Positions 36,127 to 50,532 are shown, numbered from the stretch's first letter. The stretch: 64,000 bases of DNA from Blepharisma stoltei ATCC 30299 (GCA_965603825.1 CBFDEM010000018.1:744001-808000); one strand, 5' to 3'. Translations and numbers: made by a program. Notes: a model not told the origin generated them from the letters alone.

Positions 36127-39100
36127 TTACCTCTTTTTTCTTAGTCTTTTATTTCTTTGTTGATTCTTTCTATTGAAAAACCTTGCAGTCCATCCTGTAT
36201 TCCACTTCTTCCTCATTTTATTTTCTTCTTCATTCTTAGGCATCACCATTGATTTCCAAGAAAACAGCCTTCTAAATGCAGATTCACTGAAATTGTCCCA
36301 TACTTCTGTACCTAACCAGTTTATATAGCTCTTATAATCATTTACGATGCCATCTTTTAATTTTTTGACTTGGGTCGAAACCATGCTGAATTGGCTTAAT
36401 ATAAAATGCATATCTAATGCTTTTGCCAAGGTGGTTTTATAGTTTATTGATAGCAATTCTGAATGATATTTTTGGATATATTCAAGTAATTCCCCAATAT
36501 AATACATCTCACTCCAATTCTCCACCAAAGCTTTTCTATTTTCAATCGAAATACACGAATAAATAGAAGAGAAAAATGAGGCCTCTATGCTTGTGATAAA
36601 TTTCATATATTTAATTTTCGATTTTTTCAATTTTCGCAGAGCTCCGTTAGATTGTTGTCTTTTTGCGAGATTTTTAACTTCAGCAAACCATAACTGATTG
36701 AGCATCGAATTAGAGTCCTCAATATTCCCATTTTTCACATGTGTGATAAGCATTTCACTCGACTCAATATGCCTTTCTCTGTAGCTCTTCTGTATATCTT
36801 GAAGCATAACTGTACTTTTTGCTCTTAAAATCATTTTAATATATTGAGGAATGCTGATAAAAGTAGAACAAAGCTCAATTTTACTTTCAATATAAAGACC
36901 CTGGATTTCGTAAAAAATTTCATTAGGTCCATACATGAAAAGTGTAATCATACTTCCAAATAAGTTAGAAAGCTGCTCTTCTTTGATCTCTGGTGATAAT
37001 GATAATAAGCATATATCATTAATCAACTCAACAACAAACTTGATCAAATCAATTGCAAGAGAATTCGAGCTTCCTTTAATTATATTTTCAAGATATATGA
37101 TATTTTCTGAAATTTTGTGCTCTGGGATATGATGATAAAGATATTTAGGGAGGACTATATCTTTTCCTAGAGAAATTGCCCAAAGAGTTACAGCCCTTTC
37201 TATTAGATTTAACTTGTGAGAAATCGACATTTCTTTTGATTGAACTTCAAAAAGAGACAAAATCGAGATTGAGGCATCTTCAAAGCATCGAGTTTTATAA
37301 TAAACTTCTATATCTAAGTAAGCTAATGCGTATTGATAATTCTGTGAGAGTTTTGATATTTTTCCTGAAAATTTTAATACTGGCCTATACCTTTTTTTCA
37401 GCATTTCTTGGAAATAAATCTCATATCCAGACACTTTGCATAATTCATATGCTAGCCACACTGATTCAGTCATAGTTGTATCTTCTTGTGAAGTTTCTGA
37501 TCTTGCCATTTCAAACTGTGCTTGAGTTAATAAAGCATGTCTTGCAATATCAGTCAATTCTTTGAAGTCCCCATACAAATATTTCGAATTATCAAAAATT
37601 TTGGTCAAAATATCATTTCTATTTGATCCCGTTTCATTCCTCTTTTTCTCATAAATTGCCAACTTTTTTTCATATTTTTTTATCTCATTATTTCTGTTAA
37701 CCTTTACAAAAATCGTAGAAATTTCGTCATCACCAGCAATTTCAAATAATTTTTTAAGCTCTTTTTTAGTTTCTAAATATTCTTTTTCTCCTTCAATATC
37801 TAGATTGGAATTTTGTGAATAAGAATTTATTTTATATGGAAAGTCGGCTTTCATAAAATCAAGCATCCACATTTCTCCATATAAATTTGAAGCATGATAG
37901 ACAATTTCCTGAGAAATTTCTTTCCATTTGAATTCTTCATCACCAAATGTGTAAGAATCTAGCTTTTTTGCGCGGCATTTTACTGCTTGCTCAATGAAGG
38001 ATAAAATTTTTTTTTCCAGATGATTTTTTAAGGATTTTATGGGAACAAGCAAATTTTGGCCTTCAAGATCTGCAATATATAGGTCAGGAATAGAGGAAAT
38101 TTCCATATTTCAAATAAAGACGCTTTGCTTATTAATAATGGCATGCGAAAGTGAAGGAAGGGCTGAAGTAACTTCTGATGGAATTATTTTTCGAACTCCA
38201 AATGGTGATAAAAGCGAGAATATAATATTATTGTATTGTGTTGATTGATGGATGCTTTTTATATCTTTTTGTCTTAAAAACCTCACTATGCCAGATGAAC
38301 ATTGAAGAATGACTTGAAAATCGGCATAAGAAAGTTTTTCAACAATGTCCCAAAATACCCAAGAAAATTCCAAATTCGGATGCTGAATTGTGTACACAGC
38401 CCAAATTGAATAAAAGGAAAAAACATCTAAAATTTCTAACTCGTCTAGCAATGAAAATTCTTTCATATTCAAAATTCTTTTGACATCTTTAAATGAATCC
38501 ATCATGCATTTTTCAAATCCTTCTTTATCTTTATTTATAATTAAATTCCATAAAATATCATTGTACTTGAAGCATGGCAAAAATTTTACGCTTTTGGCAT
38601 TTAATACAGTTAAAGATTTTTCATATGAGCTCAGCATAGAAATCACAGAGTCAAATGCAATTTTTGTGGCTTCAATTTCTTCTTGATTTTGTGGGATTTC
38701 AAAAGGCAGCCAAGAGAAGTCTTCTTTGTTGATTTTTTCTGCAATATTTGATTCTGATCCTGCAAAGGTAAGGTAAATATTTTTATAGTTTTTAAAGTCT
38801 CCAAAGGTGCTTGCTAGTGCTAATGAATTTTCTTTATCCATAATGTATATCAATTTTTTCCAATAGCCTAAGAGTAATAGTCCTTGGAATCCTTCTAATC
38901 CAAGGTTTTTTATATCTGGTTTTTCTTTAAGTGACAAGTATTCAGGGTTGATCATTTCAAATACATTATGAACTGCAGTGTATGCAATAGCAGCTCTTGC
39001 GCCTTGGGTCTGAATGAATTGTGGTCTGAAAATCTCATGGGATTTCAACGTGGTTAAATTTGAATATTTAAATGCTAACGAAGTCACGTATCTTCCAAGC

Positions 39101-42100
39101 CTTGTCGCCAAATTATATCTATTACAGACAATTAAGCACATTTTAAACATTCCAAAATCTTCAAGTGTATCAAGAATCATTCCAAGTGTTTCTGCACTCA
39201 TATCATCAAGATCTACTAATGATGCTAATTGCCAATCTTCAGTCAAATGTTGGGAACTTATAAGCGATTCTGCAGATCTTAAGGACTTTAAATAGGTAGA
39301 TACATCTTCAGAGAACATTCCTACATATTCTATTATTTTTCGCATTGCTTCATCTTCTATAAAGATATCAGCTTTAGTCATGATTAATTTCCCTCCTAAA
39401 TTAAGGGCTGTAGCATGGACATTATCGATTATTGAATAATCTGATATAATGCTGCCATCTTTTTGAATCGCTGAGCCTAGTGAGTCTACTATAGAGCCAG
39501 TTTCTACTTGAAGCCATTCATCATCAGGGTCGATATCGTCATCAATAAGTTCAAATTGCTGAGACTGATTATCAGTACTTATGATACTAAAGCTTGCAGA
39601 GTTATCTAGCAATACAAAGGAGCTTTCTGACGTTTCATAGGTTTTGTTTCCTTCTTCTTTTTTTACTTCTTCAAGCTGCTCTATTTTACTTTCCTCTTCC
39701 TTTTGCTCTATTACTGAAGTTTCTTCACAAATACTTTCTGCCCATTTCACATTTCCTTCCTCTTCGCATTTTCCTCCATGCCTATGCTCCTCTACTTCAC
39801 CAACCTTGATTTCATCTAAAAAGTTTTCTTCTCCACAAAATGTGTCCTTAACTATTTCTTTTTTTTTTAAAATTTCCTCTTCTGAGTCGCTTTCTTCATC
39901 CTCATCAACTTCTTTAATCATTTTTTTATCTTCTTCTACAATTTGTGCTTCATAAGCTGTTTCTTTTTCATTTTTAGGCAAAATTTTTGGCATTAAAGCT
40001 TCGAGAGCGACTGGGACGTATTTTTGAATGTATTTTTGTCTTTCTTTTAGAGTCATTTCATTTCTGAAGTCGTAAATACAGTGAACTAGTTTGTCCCAGT
40101 TCATTCCTCTTCTATAGGACTCAATAGCTCGAATATACTCTTTTTTCTCAGCAAATAAGTCTCCAGCGGTCTCAAAGTGTCCTGATGAATAGTAAGCTTC
40201 TGCAGCTTGGCCAATAAGCCCACCTTCTCTAAATAGCCCAGCAGCTTTTTCATGCTCTTCAGCAGAAGCAAAACATCTTGCAGCTTGTTTGGTCAGAACT
40301 CTTGAAGATTGTCTTAAAGACAAGTCTAAAAATAGCTCTCCAGCTTGTTTAAACTTGTTTTTCGCTTCTTTTTTCATACTTTTCAGAGTTTTTTTATCCT
40401 TGCTTGATAATTTCTTGTTTTCAGTATACTCACTATCCTCAAGCGCAATAGCTTCACATAAAATTTCTGAGGCTTTATTAGCGAATGCATAAGCAAGTGC
40501 TTTAGATTCTAAATTTTTATCTCCAGACGCACTAAAACATTTTGCAGCTTGATCATAAAACTTGTGAGACATCATACGCAGCCCTTGGGTTTTCCATGCA
40601 TCTTGGCTTGATTTTTGTGCAATTCCATCATAGCTAAGCATGTCTAATGGGGCAGATGATTGAATTATATTATTACTACTGATAGCTCCCATGTATTCCC
40701 AGTACTCCTCTATAAACCTTCTATTTTCAGGGTTATCATCATATATTACCAGCCTTACCTTAGGCCGTGTAATGGCTACATAAAGGTGTTTTAGCTCAGT
40801 GCACAATAGTGAGTATCTGCTTTGATCAATAATTTCTTTGCATTTCAGCTTAGGAAGATGGTTTTCTAAATCTTCTAAAGTTGTTGGAATATAGTTCGGG
40901 TAATCTTCAAGCTTTTCCATATGGGACAGAATTTTCCATTTATCACGAGAAATTTCGCTGTCATTGAAAAAGTTGTATAAAATCACGTCGTCAAATTCTA
41001 AACCTTTGGCTTCGAAAACTGTAAGACATAGAGCGTTGTTTAGATTAGGATGGAGCTTGCTTTTGGCTTCTTGGGTCCTGACAATTACAACTTGGTTACA
41101 GCCGAATTGGACTTCTGATAAGTCTTGAGGGCGATTATTTCCAAATAGCACAGTTAATAAATGATCGGTAGAGCTGCTATCAATGAAAATTGGGGGTGGG
41201 CCGTCAAAAGGTGACTTCTCTTTACCCATTTTATCAATTGTTTGTGGGAACAAAGCTTCTAATAATGATACAACTGCATTGGCGAGCCCTAAAATTTGAT
41301 TATGAGTTCTAAAATTCATAGTCAATTGGCAGACTGCAGGCTTATTTAAATTTGACTCGTCAAAAAGCCCGCTCAAGTCACAAAATCTGAAGCCGACTCC
41401 TTTAGCAATTGTTTGTGCAGTGTCTCCTGAAAAGAATAATTTTTGCTGTGTAACAGTAATCAGCAGAGAAAGTGTTGCAGCTGTCAAATCTTGGACTTCA
41501 TCAACCATCATATAATGTATAGGAATTCCATTGTACCCTGAAAACTTGATTTGATACAATAAATAATTCACAATGTCTTGGAAATCATAAGCCCCTTCTC
41601 TTACTTTCCATTTTTCATATTCTATAAATAAATCCCAAATGTCAAGTTTTTCTTCACGGGTTAAGAGAGAGGTTTTTCTTCCCATATACGCATAAGCATT
41701 TTTCGGTAAATAATACCCAACGTAGCTATAAGAAGTAGCAGAACCTTTTATGTAAGCTGTAATTTCTGTCCATAAGACAAGCGCTGAAACACTTGCTCTA
41801 TATCTGATTTTTGGCCAAAATTTTTCTTTGAATACTTTAAAATCTACTTCATAACTAGTTTTTCTCATATGCTGCTCTTTTCTTTTTCTTTCATTTACAA
41901 ACTGATGCGATAAAACGTTATTCCTAATATCTTGCAGTTCTGCTTCTGTTGGCTCATCTTCGTCATAATCAGAGTCAGAGTCCTGATACCCTTCAATTTC
42001 TTGTGTTTTCCTTTGCTGCTTATAAAGTCTATTGATTTCGAGTGCACCTTTATATTCATTATGCCACTCAAAGTTCACACTTGATCCTATCACATTTCCG

Positions 42101-43671
42101 TCAAGACTTCTGGCGAAAAATGGTTTTCTTAAGGAAGCGTCAATCATGAAAATCAATCTTCTTACAGTAACAAACAAAGGGAAATCTTCATCAGTAAGAA
42201 AAGTCATTGAGGAAAGGCCTGTGTGGGCGAATTCTTCGTCTTCGTTTTCAGAATCCTCAATGATTTCTGACCGCTGCTTTTCAAGTCTGATTTCAGAAAG
42301 GTCCATTTCTTGGGCTTTTCTTGAGTCTTCTCTGATTTTTAGCTCATTTTTTATATGAAAATTCAGCTTTTCGTGGTATCGCCATACTTCATTTGTAAGG
42401 ACTGGGGATGCTGTTACAAATACACTGTGCAATGCAGATGCTTTATCGATATCATCTGGGCCAAGCTTACGCTTTCCCTTTTGTGATCTAAACTTATAAA
42501 CAATTTCTGCAGAAAACAGTCTGAGTAGTGAACAAGTGGTTTTTCCTGTCCCAGACCTTCCTATAGCTAATACATTCCCAGGGCATCCTACTAGATTCTG
42601 CTGTTCCTCTGTCAATCTTATCTTAAAATTCGGCAAAGTGTTCAGCAAATTCAAAAAATCAGAGCAGCTCGTAGTTTCTGCTAATCTTTTGACAAGCTTG
42701 TTATGGAATGCTTCAGATTCCGCGCTTTCCACTACTTTATTTTCATCAATTGCCACCCATCTCCTCCTATTTTCATCAAATCTTAAATTATCTGTTTCTT
42801 CTGCTGACAAATAAAGCCTATGAATAATTTTTGGGTAATAATAATTCCCAACTTTTCTCATAATTGGGTCAAAAACTGAAGAATTTGGCTGGATTTCTTC
42901 AATATTTGTGTCTTCAACCCATCGATCTGGATCGTCTTTTATTGATTCTAAAAATGATTCTATGCTGTATTTTCAGTCTGAGCCTCTCGGCAAGAAATCA
43001 ATGACCTTTAAATAATGCTCAAATGTATATTGCACACATTTATTGTTGCGGACTATTGGTAGACGATCTAGTAAAGAAGCAACCAAGAGGGTATGATCAG
43101 GATGACGGTCTATTGGGACTGTAAAAAATGCCATAAGCGAGCATGGGCCTTTTTTGACATATCAAACATTATGCTTGTTTCTTATTCAGCCAATTCCTAT
43201 TTCTAACACTTTCTTTAAAATCGCTTCTTTTATGATATAGGTAAAATTCACTAATCGAGCATAAGCGGACTCAGTAAATCTGATTTTCCATGGCAGAGCT
43301 GCTATTTCGTCAAAGAGATCATATGATTTCCAGAATTCAGTGACATTAGAAGCTTTCCATAGCTGCATAGGGTTAAAAGTTTGAAGATTATCTAGTCCTG
43401 CAAAGCGATCTTTTTCGTATTTTTCTATTTCATACTCCAATCAGTGTACTCATACTTCACTGTAAGTAGCGAATGGGCTCTTAAAGCGATCTCTCTTAGA
43501 ATCAAATCTGACAAATTGGGCTTCCAGCAGTTTGCAATTATCCATTACTTGCTGATGGACTTCGTCGACAAGCTTCATAGCAGCATTTTGGATATTCTGC
43601 ATCTGAATCATGTCAGCACGCTGCTCACGCCTTTCTTGTTTAGATTTGCCAGATGTATGCTTGTTAAACAT
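36127..43671 (-). CDS. TRANK1: TRANK1/LBA1-like UvrD-type SF1 helicase with TPR-like repeats (2514 aa)
   Basis: Four ORF-track pieces in one frame via TGA; GRSGTGKT, MVDEVQD, GDTAQTIAKGVGFRF, NFRTH, EAKGLEFDDVILYNFF, ELKHLYVAITR. Confidence 0.88.
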
Positions 43672-43735
43672 ATTTTTATTATCGGATAATGGCAGTATCT
43701 AATTAATATGGGTGTTTCTTAAAATAGTTTTATCA

Positions 43736-44062
43736 TTAGCTATTATCAAATTTCAGAAATTTTGGGTAGAACTCAAGTACAAGGTTTTCAAAAGATTTTT
43801 CGACTTTTCTCATACAAATTGTATAGCTGACCATAGAGCTTCTTAAGTAAGGTCCTCGTTCAACTTCTTGATAGCATCAATCAGCTTGATTTTGGATGCC
43901 TTTTACTTTATTTTTGTAAGATTTAGAAGCTTTTTTGGCTGCAAAACAATCGGCTCGGGAGTCCTTGTTTGGAAGAGTTGAGCAGTTGCAAGTTTCTCAT
44001 TTTTCGCCGATTTTTTTAATTTTTCAGAGCTTTTTTAAGCTTGAGACTGATGGATTTTCCAT
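43736..44062 (-). CDS. Small Cys-containing helical hypothetical protein (108 aa)
   Basis: MENPSVSSLKKL[W]KIKKIGEK[W]ETCNC..DCF..D[W]CYQ..ICMRKV; open ATG to TAA; absent from ORF track. Confidence 0.6.
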
Positions 44063-44220
44063 TTATGAAAATATAATCAAATTATCTCATATTTTTATTC
44101 AGAGCTAACATGAATATAACTTTATAATTGATAACAATCAGCATATAACTAAAATTAATTCAATTATGAGAGCTTCGCTGAATGAATAAAAATAGAAGAC
44201 TAATATAGCTCAATTATTTA

Positions 44221-46230
44221 TTATTTCTGGGGTTTTTTGGACATTTCTTGGAAGAACTCATCAGGATCAAAATTAACATCAGCGATTTTCTTTTGTGTAA
44301 GAGTTTTTCTAGCTGGTGCTGCAAATTTAGGCTTATTGAACAGAGGTTTTGGCTTTGGCAGAGAGTTTGGCTCATGATTTAAAGTTTCAACTTTTACTTC
44401 TTCAATTGATTTTTGGCTGCTTGGTATTTTAATTTCACTTTTCTTTCCATCTTTTGTAGTCTCAATAGCTTTCATCTCTGATTCTGTAGTCTTTTCTGTG
44501 TCTGTTTCGATAATCTCTTTGGGTTTAGAATGAACCTCTTCAATTGATTTTTGCAAATTTGGTATTTCATGCTCACTTTTATTTTCCTCTTTTGAGGTCT
44601 CAGTAGCTTTTATCTCTGATTCTGCAACTTTTTCTGTGTATATTTCAATATTCTCCTTTGGGAATGAGATTTCTTGAACTGATTTTTCAGGTTCATTGCT
44701 CTTTTCCACTTTTATAGGCTCTTCAATTTTCATTTCTGCAGATTTTTGAGAATTTATTTCAATGATTTCAGAGAAGAGTTTTTGATGAGTCTCTACTTTT
44801 TCAATATCTTTGCTTTCAAATGAATTAATAATAGGGCTCAGCTCTACAAAATCTTGCTTTGTTTCAATTTTTTCTTCTAAATTACCTTGAATTGGAGACA
44901 ATATTTCAGACTTTTTACTGATTTCTACGACCGCTTGAAAATCTTCATCAATTCCCCAAACATTTTCATCAAGAACAAGCTCTATATTTTCATTAAAAGT
45001 CGGAATAGTTTCAGGGATATTTTCTTTTTGGATTCCATTTGTTTTTGGTACTATTTCTGACTGTTTATGCGATTCAATGTCAATGATTTGCTTAGAGATA
45101 GCTTCATGTGCGGTTGTATTTAATATTTCTATATGAACTTCTTCTTTTGCTTCAATGTTCTGGACTGGAATTTCTATATTGATTTCCATTGGAGGCTCGA
45201 AATCTATTTGCCAGCTGTTTGGCTCTTCTAAAATTTCTGAGTGTGCCTGCTTCTCTTCTATATGAAAAGAGATGATTTCTTCTGGAATAAGGCCATTATT
45301 GCTTTTCTCATTTATATCGAATTCTTGATTAGTGCTATTTTCACCGTTGCTTTGAAGTGTTTTTTCATCTAGAGTTTCTTTTTCTTTGTTTTTCTGCTCT
45401 ATTTCTTTTTCTCTTAATCTATTGATTAGATTCTCATTATTCATTTTCATTTCCGCTATAGACTTCAGCAGCTCTTTTTCCTCTTCATCTTTCTTTTCTA
45501 ATTTTTCTTTAATTTCATATACTTCCTTCGTTAACTTTTCCATTTCATCTTTTACTTCCTTTACCCTATGATTATTTTCTATTTCTTTTTCATCAAAAAA
45601 TTTCTTTTTTCCTAAAATTTGATCTATTTCGTAAATTTCTGACTGATATTTTTTGTTTTCTTCTCCACTTTTCACCTTATAATAGTTTCACTCGCCTTGC
45701 AATTTTTGTATCTCTCCCTTAACTTTCCCTTCTTCCTGCTCTATTCTCTCAATCAGCTCTTTTAATTTTCCAATTTCCTTGTCCTTTTTTTCTCTCTCTT
45801 TATTGATTTCGCTTATTCTTGGATCATTTTCTCTTTTACCTGAAATTTTTTCGTTTCTTTTCTTGCTTATTTCTGAAATTTCCTCTTCCAAAAATTTAAT
45901 TTTTTGTTTCTCTGACTAGGAATTACCATTTTCCAGCTTAGTTTCAATCGCAATGCATTTCCTTCTAATTATATCTGCCTCTTTTTTCTTCTGAGATAAA
46001 GATTCTGCAAGTGCTGAAGAATCCCCTCATGCAGGGTTGTCACTTTTAATAGACGAATTTTCTAATGAGACGATAGATCCTGATGACTGAAGAGACAAAG
46101 CATGTCTGGATCCTGATAATAATTGGGAGTGGTATGAGGAACTTTTAAGTATTTGAGGAGCGTGAGAGGCTGAGTAGAGCTTTGTATGAGTAGTAGATAA
46201 TACTTGGGAAGAATCTGGAGAGTTGTTCAT
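44221..46230 (-). CDS. Acidic coiled-coil / low-complexity protein (about 664 aa); 1 intron
   Basis: Three ORF-track pieces joined by TGA=Trp and intron 45912-45926. Confidence 0.75.
44395..44660 (-). repeat. Imperfect in-frame tandem duplication (138 nt / 46 aa)
   Basis: TEKVAESEIKATETSKEENKSEHEIPNLQKSIEEV vs TEKTTESEMKAIETTKDGKKSEIKIPSSQKSIEEV. Confidence 0.75.
45912..45926 (-). other. 15-nt spliceosomal intron
   Basis: gtaattcctagtcag; removes in-frame TAG. Confidence 0.82.
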
Positions 46231-46778
46231 ATTATTTTATTATAATATGGAAAAGGCAAGAAGTTATAGCAGGATATGATGACGTTAAATTTGCAGAGAT
46301 TACAATATTATTTTTCAAAATAAGAATCTAGCAAATACTATGATAATTTGTTTAATTTTATTAGCCGTTGCTCAGAAAAATCATATTAGTAAAATACTAT
46401 AATGCATAGAACTCAATTCTTCGTAGGAATATAAAGTTTAATTGCTAATACTAAATTTATATAAGCATTTTTAAGAAATTTTCAAATTTTTTCAGATCTT
46501 GTATTTGTATTTCTTCAATAAACTTTAATCGGTTAGCTTCTATTTATATAAAAAACTATTTTATTTAATTTCGAATGATATCGTCACTTTTTATGTAAAT
46601 TTTAAGGATGAAAATGCTATCAACCAATATTTCCAATTAAAACTTTCAATTTTTCTTATCATAATATAAGAGTATATAGCTGTTTCTTTAGTTTAATTGT
46701 AATTTTAACTCTCAAATTCAGAAAAGTTGACCTAAAAATTTTACTTCGTCCATTAATTAATATTGATTATATTAATTA

Positions 46779-47663
46779 TTAATTAAATGAAACCTCCCTA
46801 GCTTCTCTTACTCTACCTTTACACAGTGGGCATGGTTCTGATTTCATTCGGCTATTAATAACTTTATTTAACGTCAATTTCATTCTGTCCACCACACATT
46901 CTTTGCAAGCTAAAATATGCCCACAAGGTAAAAACACAATATTTTTGGCTGAATTTCTGCAAATCAAGCACTCCAAGTCTTGAGCTTCGAGCTCTGCTTT
47001 ATTTCGCTTTTTAATCTCTAGACTCTTTTTGAGTGCTTCTATAGTTTCTTCATTTTTTATTTGTACTTCTTTCGCACTATTTGTCCTTTCACTAATCTTG
47101 TCAGCAAAAAGTGAGTACATTAGCAACTCTTTTTGCTCTTTATTAAAGACTTCTTTCATATAATGATATTGAGCGATAGTCTCGGTTCTGGAGCTTTTTA
47201 AAGATTTGATATAGCCTAGCATTGCACTTATCCCACTCCCATAAAGCTCTTCATAGGAAAATCTAAATATTCCCATTTTGACAGCTGAAATATAGCATCC
47301 AAGTCCTGTAGAGTCTTGGGAATGAACTATCAAATAAACAAAGTCTGCTTGGATATTAATATCAGAACATTCTGCTATAAATGCATGTGACTCATCGGGG
47401 AGAGAAAGTAAAAGCACCTGCTCGAGAATAGATGTGGAGCTCAAGTACTGGCTTGCGTCTGCATAGTCGTATAGAAGTGCGCACAAATGAGAGCTTATGT
47501 CTGGGGCTTTAAGAGAAAGCAAGCATGGGTAGTCATGAATGCTAGAAAGTCTTTCAAAAATAATGGTGGATATTGGAGGAGATGATGTTTGCAAGCTTTG
47601 AAATACTAGCACACCATCCAGAAATGATAAATTTACAGGTTCTAGGACTTGTAGAGTTTGCAT
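46779..47663 (-). CDS. C-terminal C3HC4 (IAP/MDM2-type) RING protein (294 aa)
   Basis: CLICRNSAKNIVFLPCGHILACKEC...CPLCK. Confidence 0.85.
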   Translation of the reverse strand: MQTLQVLEPVNLSFLDGVLVFQSLQTSSPPISTIIFERLSSIHDYPCLLSLKAPDISSHLCALLYDYADASQYLSSTSILEQVLLLSLPDESHAFIAECSDINIQADFVYLIVHSQDSTGLGCYISAVKMGIFRFSYEELYGSGISAMLGYIKSLKSSRTETIAQYHYMKEVFNKEQKELLMYSLFADKISERTNSAKEVQIKNEETIEALKKSLEIKKRNKAELEAQDLECLICRNSAKNIVFLPCGHILACKECVVDRMKLTLNKVINSRMKSEPCPLCKGRVREAREVSFN

Positions 47664-48623
47664 GTATATTAAAATTATAATAAATTTAAATGACTCATAA
47701 ATAGTGGTCAATGCCAACCAAGAAAAAAACATCAATAAAATTAATGGCCTTCAAAATTCTATCTGTCAGATGTTCTTCAACTAAAAGGTAGGAAAATGTT
47801 TAATTTTCATAATCGGGACATTTAATTTTTAATTATAATTGATAGGGAATTAAAATATTTGTTACATAGCAAACCAATTTTTGCAGTTAGCATTAAGAAA
47901 TTTTTACTAATAAATGCAATTTATGAAGAATATTGAATAAGGAAAAATAAGCAAATAAATCCGCAAGATGAGAAGACAAAAATCTGCCTGAAGCATTAGG
48001 GAAGCTTTTTTAAAGTAATTTAGATAGCTAAATATAAATTATTCATTGATTAATAAGAAAGCAGAAGTATTGTTAAATTCAATTCTAAAGCTATTAGAAA
48101 ATTGTGCATTAATTGGGTATATATTGATAATTTTAAATTAAAGCCTTTATTAATGCTTATTCTATTTCTATATGCATCGGAAAAATATAAAATTTTACAA
48201 AATCATTCAAAGCAAAATAGGGTTTGCTCAATTCCAGCTTATCTTATTTTTGCTTTTTTAATAGCGTTCGCAATTTGCTCTAATGATTCCTGGGAAATTT
48301 AAAATCGATCATGCATACATGGTGGAGATAAGTCCTGCTTCTATTAACTCCTGAAAAATATCTTCTGATCATTTTTCTAAATAAATTATATTAGGGTAGC
48401 ATTATCAATAGAGTAAAGAGATTTTTTTATTATTGCAGGCATCATTTACTAACTATATTTAAAAAAAAGCAGCTATGGCAGTTTAAAAATGGTTTCAACT
48501 TTCCGACGCCCAATTTTTCTTATTTCCTATCAAATTCCTTTTAAATCCTCTATCTTTATTAAATAATCCTTAATCTGATATTTTTCGGTATTTTATCACT
48601 CCTTTTATATTAATTAACACAAA

Positions 48624-50423
48624 ATGAAATTCTCAAGACAAATAGAGTACCATAAAATTCCCGAATGATCTGCCTACTACATTCAATACCGTTACCTTAA
48701 AAAAATGCTCTGCAAGCTCAAGTGTCAATACTCCATCTCTTCTGACACAGAGCTCAACGATGCCTTGCTAGATCAGCATAGCATCTTAATGAAATTCAAA
48801 GAAGAACTCAAATTCCAAATCAACATATTAAATGCCTTTTATTCAGAGAAAAAGTTGCAAGTTACTGATGAACTTGAAAAAATCTTCAGCTATTTCCATA
48901 ACCTTGTCAGGATAAATTCCACAATTGACTTAGAAGAAGCAAAAAAACTTTTGTCATTAGACGAAAGAGATGACGCACAAGACAGGGCAACAAGCATGAA
49001 AAGAGCATTTTCGGATATCCACAAACAAATGTGATGGCTCGAAGCTTTCTGTGAGATTAATTATATGGCTTGCTTAAGGCTATTAGATAAGTTGGAAAGT
49101 TCAGTCGAAATGAGGGATGATTTGGAGCATCAGCCATTTAGGCAATGGGAAAGCGAAATTGGAGGGTTAAGAAATGCATTGTATGAACAAGTAGCCATAG
49201 AGTGCATGGACGGTGACATAGAAAAAGCAAAGATGTTGCTTATAGAAAAACAATACAGAACCAAAGATATTGGGAAGATTTTTTTCTGTCTAGGAGTAGT
49301 CGTGACTTGTCTGATAGTGATTTTATATATTGTTCTGAAGTTTGGAGATGCAGCTTTATGTCCTTCAACACCAATTTTTAGGCTGACTTTGGCTGTGAAT
49401 CTTACTTTATTAGCAGTAGCTTATATAATTTATGTATTGGAATCATACTCAATCAATTGGGTATATATTTTTGAAATTGATCCTTCCAATAAGACTTCTT
49501 ATATGAATCTTGTATGATATTCTATGCTTTTAAACGCAATTTGGGCTGTTTGCTATTTAGTGAATGTTGGAGATAAGCTTTATTTAGCATTCGCGAATAA
49601 TCATATAATACTTTGTATAGGAATTTTTATATTTTATATTGCACTGCTGCTATATCCTTTCAATCAATTTCACAGAATTTCAAGATATGCTTTTGTAAAA
49701 GCATTTTGCGAATTATTAATATCGCCATTTAGCTACGTTCATTTTCGGAATTACATGTTTGGAAGCTGGCTAACATCTTTTGCTATTCCTTTGAGGGACA
49801 TATACTTATCTTTATGCTTTTTCTTTCAAAATAACCCTTCATCAATCAAGGCTTTATCTCCAGACCACTATACAAACATTTTTGTGATATTTTTGCCTGC
49901 TTTTCCTTTAATTTTAAGGTTTTTACAAAATCTTAGTGCTATGGTCAGAAAGCCTTCTCTATACAAGCTTCAGATGATAAATTTAACAAGGTATTTTTTG
50001 CCTATTTTATTAGTCTCTATGTCCTATTTTAAGTTATATAAAGAGCCTTATACATCAGAATGGCTGTCAGTTTTTACTATATTGACTACATACCATGCAT
50101 TTTTGGATATGTACTCAGATTGGGGGTTGCTCAGAAACTCAAGCAGCGGGCCATTTTTAAGAGGAAAAATTAGTTTCCCTAAAAATTTTTATTATAAGAT
50201 TATGGTAATAAACTTCTTTTTGAGGTTTAACTGGACGTTGACATTAGTACCATATGAGGCTTTCAATAATGCTTATGTAAATACAGAGGTGCTGTATACA
50301 ATTATATTGATTTTAGAGATATTTAGGAGGACGCTGTGGACAATCCTTAGAGTTGAAAGAGAAAACACAGGGAATGTTGAAAGGTATAGGAAAATAGATT
50401 ATCTCCCAAAACCACTTTCTTAG
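48624..50423 (+). CDS. XPR1: SPX-EXS phosphate exporter (XPR1/SYG1/PHO1 family, 599 aa)
   Basis: MKFSRQIEYHKIPE[W]SAYYIQYRYLKK (SPX); DWGLL, NFFLRFNW, LEIFRRTLWTILRVERE (EXS). Confidence 0.92.
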
Positions 50424-50532
50424 TTGTAATCAATTTAATAAAGAGGATATCTTTATATAATAAATAAAATTTTTTTATGATTAATTTTGATGGTGAATTA
50501 ATATAATATAGATAGAATTTCGAAAAATTAAC

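Noticed and set aside
38480-42814. Many plus-strand ORFs antisense to the helicase, and similar short antisense ORFs elsewhere in the track
   Set aside because: Shadows of the real genes' codon usage; no motifs
45676-45691. 16-nt gtgaaactattataag as an intron
   Set aside because: Removal would break the frame; reading TGA as Trp keeps it open
46276-46380. Box C/D snoRNA (ATGATGA box C)
   Set aside because: No box D (CTGA) or terminal stem at a suitable distance
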